NCBI GenBank assembly: GCA_000990355.1
Contig: LBSX01000001.1
Location: forward strand, 3,392 to 67,391
Origin: Candidatus Magasanikbacteria bacterium GW2011_GWC2_37_14
GTDB lineage: Bacteria; Patescibacteriota; Patescibacteriia; Magasanikbacterales; UBA922
Direction: 5' to 3'
DNA length: 64,000 bases
The position numbers and the translations under genes were made by a program. A model generated the notes under the pieces. The model was not told where the DNA came from. It ran no database searches and saw nothing but the letters and a program-made list of their open reading frames with translations. Positions 56,329-64,000 of the stretch are shown here, in pieces. The first letter of the stretch is position 1. Every line of letters starts with the position of its first letter.

Positions 56329-56706
56329 ATGACAGTAATAAAAACTTTTAAAGAATTACTAGTCTGGCAAAAATCACATCAGCTAACTTTAATAATTTAT
56401 AAAATAACCAATGATTATCCAAAATACGAAATATTTGCTTTAACAAGTCAAACAAGACGAGCTTCCTCCTCAATACCTGCAAACATAGTTGAAGGTTTTA
56501 GAAGACAAAGTCTAAAAGATAGCATAAACTTTTACAATACTGCTGATGCTTCTCTAGAAGAATTAAAATATCATTTACTACTAGCAAAAGACTTAAATTA
56601 TATTAGTATTGAACGATATAACTACGTTCTTGAAAAAGCAGAAGAAGTTGGCAAATTACTTACTGGATGGTTACAAAGTCAAAGAAAATTTTTAAATACT
56701 AAATAA
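56329..56706 (+). CDS. four-helix-bundle protein (23S rRNA intervening-sequence protein family)
   Basis: 125 aa; ELLVWQKSHQLTLIIYKIT..FPKYEIFALTSQTRRASSSIPANIVEGFRRQS matches the family signature. Confidence 0.7.
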   Translation: MTVIKTFKELLVWQKSHQLTLIIYKITNDYPKYEIFALTSQTRRASSSIPANIVEGFRRQSLKDSINFYNTADASLEELKYHLLLAKDLNYISIERYNYVLEKAEEVGKLLTGWLQSQRKFLNTK

Positions 56707-56712
56707 TCTGAT

Positions 56713-57075
56713 ATGGAGTCATTTGAAGAATTTTTAAAAAGAAAAGGAAACAAATTAATAAAAATGAAAGATATTAGCCGAAAAGGATATTATTATTTTC
56801 AAAGAGAAGCTTTAACATACATGCAACAGTTTAATCTCAAAGAAAAATATTATATTCTTGAGAGATTAAAAATTGTTAAAATGGAAGGTGAAATTACTAA
56901 CAAAAATAATAAAATTGGTAATGTCGAATATCGTATAGGTTATTATATTATAGGAAAAATAAGAAAAGCAAAAGACCGCTGGATTTGGGGACAATTTTGT
57001 CCAATGATTCCATCTAGTGATTTCACAAAATTAATTAAAAAAGCAAAAAAAGAAAAGACTATAATCAATACTTAA
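56713..57075 (+). CDS. hypothetical protein
   Basis: 120 aa, K-rich, no motif recognised. Confidence 0.35.
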   Translation: MESFEEFLKRKGNKLIKMKDISRKGYYYFQREALTYMQQFNLKEKYYILERLKIVKMEGEITNKNNKIGNVEYRIGYYIIGKIRKAKDRWIWGQFCPMIPSSDFTKLIKKAKKEKTIINT

Positions 57076-57108
57076 TCTGCTTATTCTGCTTACAAACTTA
57101 TTCTACTT

Positions 57109-58617
57109 ATGAGAATCCATTTCATCGGTATCTGTGGTGTGGCTATGTCGGCCTTGGCAATAGCTTTTAAAAAAGCTGGACACGAAAAACTGCCTGATGG
57201 CAGTCTCGTGCCATGCTTTGAGGTATCGGGGAGTGATGTGGGATTTTTTCCACCGGTTTCTACAAATTTGGAAAAACATAATATAAAATTTTATCCTGGC
57301 TGGCATCCAGAAAAAATGGGAACGCCTGATTTAGTGGTAGTTGGCAATGTCGCTAGTTCCACCAATCCCGAATGGCAATACGTGCAAGAAAAAAAATTAA
57401 ATTACAAATCTTACCCAGAAGCAATTGAAGAATTTTTTATTAAAGAAAATTCCATTGTTTGTGCTGGTACTTATGGTAAAACCACTACTTCGGCGTTGTT
57501 GGCTTTTGTTTTAAGTGAATGCGGATACAACCCAAGTTATATGTTTGGCGGGATTGCTGTGGATGAGGGGTTTGACAGTGCCAGCTTAGGAAATGAGCCA
57601 CGTAAAGTTCAGACTTCGTCTGAACCACGTGGCGGTTACTCCGTAACCGAAGGGGATGAGTACAAGAGCGCACGCTGGGACAATGGAGCAAAATTTTTTC
57701 ATTATCACCCCACTCACCTACTCTTAACTGCCATACAGTGGGATCATGCTGATGTTTATCCAACAGAAGAAAGTTATTTTGAGGCATTTGAAAAATTAGT
57801 TAAGTCTGTTCCAGAAAATGGATTGCTTGTAATGAGTGAACAGATATCAGATAGCAAATATCAGATAGCAAATAGCATACGATATGGTCAATCCGAAAAA
57901 AATGATTACGTATATTTTGACATCCACCAAACAAAAGACGGAATTAAATTTCAAATTAAACATAATGCTATTTGTTATTTGTTATCTGCCAATATGTTCG
58001 GTTCTTACAACGCCGAAAACATAACTGGAGTATTCGCATTGGCAAATGAGATCGGTTTAGAACCAGAAAAAATTATTTCTGCAATAAATAAATTTAAAGG
58101 CTTAAAAAGAAGATTGGAAAAACGTTATGAAAATAAAATAACAATTTTTGATGATATTGCTCATTCACCTGCCAAAGCAAATAGTGTTTTACAAACTTTA
58201 GCCAAAATATATAAGCGTCATCCCCGCGAAGGCGGGGATCTTACGGAGATTCAAGATTCCCGCCTTCGCGGGAATGACGAACCAAAACTATTTTGTGTTT
58301 TTGAACCAAACACTGGAAACCGTCAAGCACAATCTGCGCCAAGCTATAGCAATGCTTTCAAAGATGCCGATGAAGTTATTATTCCCAAACTTACTAAATT
58401 AAAAACTTCCGAAGAATTAAAACATTGGGAAGGAAAAGAATTAGCCGAGATTATCTCCCAAATCCATAACAACGTAAAATATCTTGAAAATGATAATGAA
58501 TTAATAAATTATTTAATTAATAATACAAGCGAAGGCGATGTGATTGTTTTTTGTGGCAGTCACGGCTTTCGTGGCATGATTGATGAATTAATTTTGTCAT
58601 TCCGAACCCACAGGTGA
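57109..58617 (+). CDS. murC: Mur ligase family protein (UDP-N-acetylmuramate--L-alanine ligase MurC / Mpl-like) with in-frame palindromic inserts
   Basis: IHFIGICGVAMSALA..GSD Rossmann start and P-loop CAGTYGKTTTSALLAFVL. In-frame inserts at 57590-57640 (palindrome gccacgtaaagttcagac/gtctgaaccacgtggc) and 58217-58278. The C-terminus (..ILSFRTHR*) is supplied by the element at 58596. Confidence 0.75.
   Translation: MRIHFIGICGVAMSALAIAFKKAGHEKLPDGSLVPCFEVSGSDVGFFPPVSTNLEKHNIKFYPGWHPEKMGTPDLVVVGNVASSTNPEWQYVQEKKLNYKSYPEAIEEFFIKENSIVCAGTYGKTTTSALLAFVLSECGYNPSYMFGGIAVDEGFDSASLGNEPRKVQTSSEPRGGYSVTEGDEYKSARWDNGAKFFHYHPTHLLLTAIQWDHADVYPTEESYFEAFEKLVKSVPENGLLVMSEQISDSKYQIANSIRYGQSEKNDYVYFDIHQTKDGIKFQIKHNAICYLLSANMFGSYNAENITGVFALANEIGLEPEKIISAINKFKGLKRRLEKRYENKITIFDDIAHSPAKANSVLQTLAKIYKRHPREGGDLTEIQDSRLRGNDEPKLFCVFEPNTGNRQAQSAPSYSNAFKDADEVIIPKLTKLKTSEELKHWEGKELAEIISQIHNNVKYLENDNELINYLINNTSEGDVIVFCGSHGFRGMIDELILSFRTHR
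58217..58278. repeat. Bipartite palindromic element (CATCCCCGCGAAGGCGGGGATC / GATTCCCGCCTTCGCGGGAATGAC) in-frame in murC-like
   Basis: Encodes ..HPREGGDLTEIQDSRLRGNDE..; sibling of 11919-11981. Confidence 0.8.
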
Positions 58618-58703
58618 GGAATCCCTTTCAATTTAACTAAACAACTAATTTAATATAGCGAGTTTATTCCACAGAAAAGGGATCTCTCGCTGTGGCTCGA
58701 GAT
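58596..58703. repeat. ~110-bp palindromic element, inverted copy of 20438-20558
   Basis: Reverse-complement alignment to 20438-20558 is near-perfect. Its first 24 nt provide the stop and last codons of murC-like. Confidence 0.8.
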
Positions 58704-58707
58704 TTTT

Positions 58708-59259
58708 ATGAAAATACCTAAACAAGCAAAAAAAGTTTTTGATGGTGTTGTTTTTGATGTTTATCAATGGCCTCAAGAATTATTTGATAAATCAATCGCC
58801 ACTTATGAAATGCTTAAGCGAAAAAACACAGTGGAAATTATTCCTATAATGGATGATAAAATTTGTCTTATTTATGAAGAACAACCAACTTTACCAGTTG
58901 CTTATAGTGTAGTTGGTGGACAGCAAGATTTTGATGAAACACCATTAGATTGTGCTAAACGAGAATTATTAGAAGAAACTGGTTTAGCTTCTAATGATTG
59001 GGAATTAATTAAGGAATTTGACCCTTACAATAAAATTGAATGGACAATTTCACGCTTTATTGCTCGAAATTGCCAAAAAGTTGCTGAACAAAATTTGGAT
59101 CCAGGCGAAAAAATAGAGTTAAGACCAGTTGCTTTTGATGAATTTATGAAAATCATGGTTAGTGATAGATTTCGTTCCCAAGATGTAACTGCTGATATTT
59201 TGAAAATGATTCATTTTGGAAAATTTGAAGAATTTAAAAATAAATTATTTAAAAAGTAG
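58708..59259 (+). CDS. NUDIX hydrolase (ADP-ribose pyrophosphatase-like)
   Basis: Nudix box GGQQDFDETPLDCAKRELLEETGL. Confidence 0.7.
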   Translation: MKIPKQAKKVFDGVVFDVYQWPQELFDKSIATYEMLKRKNTVEIIPIMDDKICLIYEEQPTLPVAYSVVGGQQDFDETPLDCAKRELLEETGLASNDWELIKEFDPYNKIEWTISRFIARNCQKVAEQNLDPGEKIELRPVAFDEFMKIMVSDRFRSQDVTADILKMIHFGKFEEFKNKLFKK

Positions 59260-59283
59260 AGACGCAAAATTTTGCGTCTCTAC
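59256..59283. terminator. Bidirectional hairpin terminator gtagagacgcaaa-at-tttgcgtctctac
   Basis: Perfect 13-bp stem overlapping the NUDIX stop codon. Confidence 0.7.
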
Positions 59284-59328
59284 TCTACAACTTTATTAAC
59301 TTTAAAAACTTTATAACTTTACAAACTA

Positions 59329-59493
59329 TCACTTCCCTTCATCCACCACCTCGGCTACAACATTTTCACCCTCAATTGCCGAAATCAACAAAGAAATTCC
59401 ACAAACATTACATTCAATTACCTGACCAACTGCCAAATCAGTATAAGAAGACAAATCTACTTCATTTTTACATTCTGGACAAATTAACTTCAT
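59329..59493 (-). CDS. small zinc-ribbon protein, LysW/amino-group-carrier-like (tentative)
   Basis: From the internal Met: MKLICPECKNEVDLSSYTDLAVGQVIECNVCGISLLISAIEGENVVAEVVDEGK, i.e. CPEC..CNVCG ribbon plus an acidic C-tail. The track ORF starts further upstream. Confidence 0.4.
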   Translation of the reverse strand: MKLICPECKNEVDLSSYTDLAVGQVIECNVCGISLLISAIEGENVVAEVVDEGK

Positions 59494-59539
59494 ATTGCTA
59501 AGATTAATAATATTAAACTTCAATAATTGTAACACAGTT

Positions 59540-60523
59540 ATGAAAACTATTCAACAGTCCTACCCCGAACTAGCACAAGCACTTGACACAACTGAGGTAT
59601 ATTTAAAACGCGAAGACCAACACAAATATGGCTCACACAAAGGACGTTCAATTCCCTTAATGATCAAAAAATATTCTAAAGAAGGACCACACACTGCCAC
59701 GATTGGTGGGCCATTTTCTGATTTTGTAATTTCTTCTTCGGGAAATGCCGCTTTGGCAGCCATTCATGCTATTCAAGCTCATAATCGCAATAACGATAAT
59801 AAACTCACTTTAAAAATTTTTATCGGAGAAAATATTAATGCGGAAAAATTAAAATTATTAATTAATTTAATTGAAGATCCTAACATCACTTTAACTCAGG
59901 TAGAAAATCCCAAACAAACTGCTTTTTTGGTAGATAAGGAAGGACAAGCAAAAAATCTTCGCCAATCAACCGATGAATTGGCTTTGGAAGGTTACACAGA
60001 ACTTGCTGAAGAATTAAATAAAATTCCCAATTTACAAGCAGTATTTATTCCTACTTCAAGTGGCACTACAGCCGAAGGTTTGGGTTTGGCTTTTGCTAAA
60101 CTTAATTACCAAGCACAAATCCACATTGTACAAACCACTGCTTGTCATCCGATAGTGGATGTCATTGCGAGGACTCCGCACACTACGGAGGACGAAGCAA
60201 TCCCAGTGGATATTGATGAAACAAAGGGATTGCCACGCCCCGCTCGAGCGGGGCTCGCAATGACAGCCACTTCACTCGCCGATGCAATTGTCGACCAAGT
60301 TGGTCACAGAAAAGAAAAAGTTACAGATATAATTAAAAATTCCAAAGGCGCTGGCTGGATTGGCACGGACGATGAAATTTTGAATGCAATTGAACTACTA
60401 AAAAATACTTGTAAAATAAAAATTTCTCCAAATTCAGCATTAGCAATTGTCGGATTAAAAAAAGCCATTGCTAATGGCTTTAAATTCTCTGGACCAGTGG
60501 TTTGTTTAATTACGGGGCAATAA
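59540..60523 (+). CDS. PLP-dependent enzyme of the tryptophan-synthase-beta fold (TrpB-like LKREDQHKYGSHK motif) with an in-frame palindromic insert
   Basis: VYLKREDQHKYGSHKGRS resembles the TrpB PLP-lysine motif LKREDLNHTGSHK. Glycine-rich loop later. Start taken at MKTIQQSYPELAQ. Confidence 0.55.
   Translation: MKTIQQSYPELAQALDTTEVYLKREDQHKYGSHKGRSIPLMIKKYSKEGPHTATIGGPFSDFVISSSGNAALAAIHAIQAHNRNNDNKLTLKIFIGENINAEKLKLLINLIEDPNITLTQVENPKQTAFLVDKEGQAKNLRQSTDELALEGYTELAEELNKIPNLQAVFIPTSSGTTAEGLGLAFAKLNYQAQIHIVQTTACHPIVDVIARTPHTTEDEAIPVDIDETKGLPRPARAGLAMTATSLADAIVDQVGHRKEKVTDIIKNSKGAGWIGTDDEILNAIELLKNTCKIKISPNSALAIVGLKKAIANGFKFSGPVVCLITGQ
60161..60264. repeat. Bipartite palindromic element (GTCATTGCGAGGACTCCGC..GCAATCCC / GGGATTGCCACGCCCCGCTCGAGCGGGGCTCGCAATGAC), in-frame
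   Basis: Encodes ..VIARTPHTTEDEAIPVDIDETKGLPRPARAGLAMTAT.. . A partial GTCATCC half-site lies just upstream at 60144. Confidence 0.8.
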
Positions 60524-61202
60524 TAATACTAACAATATTTCCTGGATCGTCCTTGGTTCCATTACCACCTTTGGTTGTATAATACTGGTCTACTAATTGT
60601 AAGCCAGTTTTTTTAAATAAATTTGCCAATTCTTCCAAACTAAATCCATGATAATACCTTTCACCTAAAATTTCTCTTTGTGAATTTCTCCAAGTAACCA
60701 AATAGTCGCCAGCTGAAATCTCTTTAAACTTTCCTTTTTCAATTAATTTCTGAGCACTTTTAGAATACATATTCCAATTTGTCATTAAAATATAACTACC
60801 TGACTTTACCACTCGCCTCATTTCTTGCAATGATTTTATTCTTGATTTCTCATCTGGCAAATGATGAAAAGTAGCAATACAATAAACAACATCAAACTCA
60901 TTATCTTTAAAAGGTAAAGTTGTCATTTCGCCAATTCTGAAATCTATATTAGGAAATTTTTCTTTGGCAATTTTTATTTGTTCTTCGCTCTGATCCAGCC
61001 CAATATACTCTAAGCCTTGAAAATCTTGAAAAAGATGATATAATCTGCCTGATCCACAACCAAGGTCAAGAACTTTAAAACCATCTTTAGTATACTTTTT
61101 TAAAGGTTTTAAATCATCCCAAATAAACTTACGTGTTTCGGCAAATAGCCGGGCAATTTTATTATAAGTGTCTTTGTTTAATTGAACCAAATCTTTGGAC
61201 AT
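60510..61202 (-). CDS. class I SAM-dependent methyltransferase
   Basis: Motif I VLDLGCGSGRL and a post-I acidic residue; 230 aa. Confidence 0.75.
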   Translation of the reverse strand: MSKDLVQLNKDTYNKIARLFAETRKFIWDDLKPLKKYTKDGFKVLDLGCGSGRLYHLFQDFQGLEYIGLDQSEEQIKIAKEKFPNIDFRIGEMTTLPFKDNEFDVVYCIATFHHLPDEKSRIKSLQEMRRVVKSGSYILMTNWNMYSKSAQKLIEKGKFKEISAGDYLVTWRNSQREILGERYYHGFSLEELANLFKKTGLQLVDQYYTTKGGNGTKDDPGNIVSIIIAP

Positions 61203-61214
61203 AAATACTTTTTT

Positions 61215-62987
61215 ATGGAAGGACTAGAAGAAATTTTACTAAAAATTATCCTGCAAAACCCCGCAAATGGCGAGGTGTTTTATAATTTACTCCGTAAAGA
61301 AACCAATAAATTAAAAACTTCTATTCCTCCCAAACGCGAGTTGATTATAGCTTATCAAAAATTAATAAAAAATAAAAGGGCTGTACCCAACAAGCATTTT
61401 GAATTTTTGCTACGCAAAGCGCAAATTCGCACTCTTTCGGGGGTAGCAGTTATTACTTCCCTAGTTAAACCCTATAATTGCCCGGGAAACTGCGTATATT
61501 GCCCTAGCGAGGCCAGAATGCCCAAAAGTTATCTTGCAAGCGAACCAGCCGCTGCCCGCGCTCTAGGGCTTAAATTTAACCCCTATGAGCAAATGCGCCA
61601 GAGGATCTTGATGCTGGAACAAAATGGCCATCCAACCGACAAAATTGAGTATATTATCAAAGGTGGTTCTTGGAATGCCTATCCATTAAAATATCAGTAT
61701 TGGTTTATTTTGGAATCGTTTAGAGCGTGTAACGAATTGTCATCGCGAACCCTACGAAGTAAAGGGTGTGGCGATCCCAAGGATTCACAAAAAAAGACTG
61801 GGATTGCTTCATCTCGCTCGAGCGAGACTCGCAATGACAGCTTGGAACAATTACGCCAGCAATTAAAAATCGAACAACGAAAAAACGAAACTTCCAAACA
61901 CCGAATTATTGGCTTAACTTTGGAAACACGACCTGACTGTGTAACACCAACCACCATTGTCCACATGCGAGAACAAGGTTGCACCAGAATTGAGCTTGGA
62001 CTACAAGCACCAGATGATAAAATTTTAAAATTAGTTGATCGCGGACACACAGTACAACAATTTAAAGATGCAATGCTGCTGCTCCGTCAAGCTGGTTTTA
62101 AAGTTGATCTACATTTTATGCCCGACTTACCCGGCACCACTGCCAAGCATGATGTAGAAATGTATAAATTATTATTTTCTGACCCGGGCCTTAAACCAGA
62201 CATGGTAAAAATTTATCCCTGTACAGTAATTAAATCTGCTCCACTTTATAAATGGTACAAAGCTGGTAAATACAAACCCTATTCTGAGCATAAACTTTTT
62301 GAAGCTTTAATTGCCATGAAATTAGCTACTCCACGCTATTGTCGTATTTCACGACTAATTCGTGATATTCCAGAAAATGAAATAAGTGGTGGAAATATTA
62401 TTACCAATTTGCGACAACATTTGGCAACAGAAATGAAAAATCGAGGATTAAAATGCCAGTGTCTTCGTTGTCGAGAAATAGGACATCAACAAGACTTAAG
62501 ACTTAAGACTGAAGACTTAAGACTATTTACAGACAAATATGAAACCACTGGTGGTACAGAATATTTCCTTTCTTATGAAGATAAAAATAGACAAGTGGTG
62601 TTTGCTTTTTTACGTCTTAGACTTCCCACTGTCATTGCGAGCCCTGCCCGAGCAGGGCGTGGCAATCCCAATGTTTTAAATACTTCCATGGGGATTGCTT
62701 CGTCGCCCTCGGGGGCTTCTCGCAATGACACCGCCTTTATCCGCGAACTCCATACTTATGGACAACTAATGACATTAAAACATGAACACATCAAAGCATT
62801 AAAACAAAAAAATGATGTACAACATACAGGTTTTGGGAAAAAGTTAGTATTAGAAGCCGAAAAAATTGCCAAGAAAAATCATTATCAAAAACTCTCAATT
62901 ATTTCTGGAGTTGGAGTACGGGGATATTACCGCAAACTTGGTTATAAATTAGAAAAAACTTATATGACTAAAAAAATCTCCACATAG
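61215..62987 (+). CDS. elp3: Elp3-family radical-SAM/GNAT tRNA uridine(34) acetyltransferase homolog, with two in-frame palindromic inserts and a short tandem repeat
   Basis: Radical-SAM cysteine cluster ..YNCPGNCVYCP... The central ELP3 block ETRPD..GCTRIELG.Q is present. C-terminal GNAT (..QHTGFGKKLVLEAEKIAKK..). Start taken at MEGLEEIL. Confidence 0.7.
   Translation: MEGLEEILLKIILQNPANGEVFYNLLRKETNKLKTSIPPKRELIIAYQKLIKNKRAVPNKHFEFLLRKAQIRTLSGVAVITSLVKPYNCPGNCVYCPSEARMPKSYLASEPAAARALGLKFNPYEQMRQRILMLEQNGHPTDKIEYIIKGGSWNAYPLKYQYWFILESFRACNELSSRTLRSKGCGDPKDSQKKTGIASSRSSETRNDSLEQLRQQLKIEQRKNETSKHRIIGLTLETRPDCVTPTTIVHMREQGCTRIELGLQAPDDKILKLVDRGHTVQQFKDAMLLLRQAGFKVDLHFMPDLPGTTAKHDVEMYKLLFSDPGLKPDMVKIYPCTVIKSAPLYKWYKAGKYKPYSEHKLFEALIAMKLATPRYCRISRLIRDIPENEISGGNIITNLRQHLATEMKNRGLKCQCLRCREIGHQQDLRLKTEDLRLFTDKYETTGGTEYFLSYEDKNRQVVFAFLRLRLPTVIASPARAGRGNPNVLNTSMGIASSPSGASRNDTAFIRELHTYGQLMTLKHEHIKALKQKNDVQHTGFGKKLVLEAEKIAKKNHYQKLSIISGVGVRGYYRKLGYKLEKTYMTKKIST
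61800..61838. repeat. Half-copy of palindromic element (GGGATTGCTTCATCTCGCTCGAGCGAGACTCGCAATGAC), in-frame in elp3
   Basis: Encodes ..TGIASSRSSETRNDS.. Confidence 0.75.
62631..62739. repeat. Bipartite palindromic element (GTCATTGCGAGCCCTGCCCGAGCAGGGCGTGGCAATCCC / GGGATTGCTTCGTCGCCCTCGGGGGCTTCTCGCAATGAC), in-frame in elp3
   Basis: Encodes ..TVIASPARAGRGNPNVLNTSMGIASSPSGASRNDTAF.. . The tandem repeat gacttaagacttaagactgaagacttaagact at 62494-62526 is also in-frame (DLRLKTEDLRL). Confidence 0.8.
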
Positions 62988-63001
62988 TGTGGAGATTTTT
63001 T
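62971..63001 (+). terminator. Rho-independent terminator overlapping the elp3 stop
   Basis: aaaaaatctccaca-tag-tgtggagatttttt. Confidence 0.7.
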
Positions 63002-63037
63002 ATCTGTGTGATCTTTTGTAAATCTGTGTAATCAATG

Positions 63038-63388
63038 CTAAGTCTTTTTAAACTTTACCGAGAATATTGGTTCGTAAACATTATCATATTCATCTTTTAC
63101 TTCTACAGTCTCCCCTTTCATCAATTTAGTCATGGCAATGTCGGAAAGAATTTCCATATCTGATTCCAAATCAATTTTCAAATCATCCAGCTTGGTAAAA
63201 TCACTGGCAAAATCCCCTTTTACGGTCGCCTCAATTTGTTTTTTGCGGGCCCTCATGGTGTTTAATTTTTCTCCTAACTCCAAATATTCTTGTGAAGCTC
63301 GTAGGGCATCCTTGTAAGCACCTCGCAAATCTTTTTGTTGTTTTTTAATTACTTGAATTCGTCCCCAAATTTCTTGAATGTCTTGCAT
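63038..63388 (-). CDS. hypothetical coiled-coil protein
   Basis: 116 aa, charged heptad-like sequence. Confidence 0.4.
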   Translation of the reverse strand: MQDIQEIWGRIQVIKKQQKDLRGAYKDALRASQEYLELGEKLNTMRARKKQIEATVKGDFASDFTKLDDLKIDLESDMEILSDIAMTKLMKGETVEVKDEYDNVYEPIFSVKFKKT

Positions 63389-63421
63389 AATTATTTTCTT
63401 TAAAATTTAAGTGGCAGTATT

Positions 63422-64000
63422 TTACCATTTTACATTTAAAACCACAATACCCACTACCATTAAAATCAAGGCCATTAATTTTAAAAGCAAATTTTTCTTA
63501 TCCCATTCTTCTTTAATATATTTTGGTGCCAAGAGAGTAAGTAAAATTGCTAGTACAAAAACCATAATTGACTGTGCACCTTCTAATACATTAATAAGAG
63601 AAATATGCCCCTGGCTAATTGCCTTAATATTCAAAAATACTCCAGTGCGACTAAGCAAAGCAATAATTACTAAAAGCAACAATACTTGCCAAGTATAACT
63701 TTTCTTTTCCAGAGCAAATTGCCTGCGAAACTTTTTGAAAAAGAAAAATAGTCCGGCTAGAACTGGCAAAATAAATAATTGATAACCAGCCATTTGCAAG
63801 GCAACTACACCATGCTTTGTTACATAACGTGTTACTACATCACAACCAACAAAAAAGAGCGTACTAATTAACATCAACCAAAAACCACTGGTTAATTTAA
63901 TTTTTTCTTTCTGTATATTTAAATGTAACCCAGCCAAAATACTACCAACTAACAAAATAAACAAAGCCACTAACTGTTTTGGCTCCAAAACTTCACCCAA
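63422..64000 (-). CDS. EamA/DMT-like membrane transporter, partial (N-terminus beyond window end)
   Basis: Open frame to the window edge with multiple TM helices. Confidence 0.4.
   Translation of the reverse strand: MGEVLEPKQLVALFILLVGSILAGLHLNIQKEKIKLTSGFWLMLISTLFFVGCDVVTRYVTKHGVVALQMAGYQLFILPVLAGLFFFFKKFRRQFALEKKSYTWQVLLLLVIIALLSRTGVFLNIKAISQGHISLINVLEGAQSIMVFVLAILLTLLAPKYIKEEWDKKNLLLKLMALILMVVGIVVLNVKW

Noticed and set aside
1-64000. tRNA, rRNA, tmRNA and RNase P RNA genes
   Set aside because: No GTTCRANYC T-loop with matching acceptor stems, no GGAAAGUCCGG (RNase P) and no tmRNA 3' CCA-arm signatures were found on either strand by eye.

Overview
Low-GC (~33%), gene-dense window. Many overlapping starts and stops and lysine-rich tails on housekeeping proteins suggest a reduced-genome Patescibacteria/CPR-like lineage; that lineage call is my inference. 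Conserved backbone: an rplM-rplQ-rpoA-rpsD-rpsK-rpsM-rpmJ-infA block, alaS, mnmA, murA, dnaG-rpoD, secD-secF, secA, hpf, murB, mraY, murC-like, sodA. I found no rRNA, tRNA or CRISPR. Three things stand out. (1) A 16-kb tandem array (14274-30561, minus strand) of 11 highly diverged paralogs. Each has a variable ~350-aa N-terminal domain with shared motifs and a conserved C-terminal PEP-utilising-enzyme phosphohistidine (swivel) domain, GG(I/L)TCHAAIVAREL. No ATP-grasp domain is visible. A VirD4/TraG-like ATPase gene sits immediately upstream. The architecture resembles the substrate-binding plus His domains of rifampin-phosphotransferase-type enzymes, so I propose a diversified His-domain phosphotransferase family (inference). 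(2) A dense superfamily (15 copies or more) of GC-rich bipartite palindromic elements with GTCAT...ATGAC termini. Many sit in-frame inside conserved genes (mnmA, murC-like, elp3, trpB-like, the ATP-grasp/NUDIX fusion, an ATE/Fem-like gene) or donate C-terminal codons. This is analogous to Rickettsia palindromic elements. (3) Two single-gene GC-rich islands (~62-65% GC) with their own expression signals, plus a pair of ~170-bp inverted GC-rich repeats flanking the secA segment. The first island and the right-hand inverted repeat each sit behind a near-identical consensus sigma70 promoter (TTGACAAAAG-N-TGCTATAAT). Other oddities: rpoA lacking the alpha-CTD, SecD with an embedded parvulin domain, a bacterial Elp3, an ATP-grasp/NUDIX fusion, and a DUF559 endonuclease flanked by inverted repeats. 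All calls are from reading the sequence and translations by eye; no searches were run.
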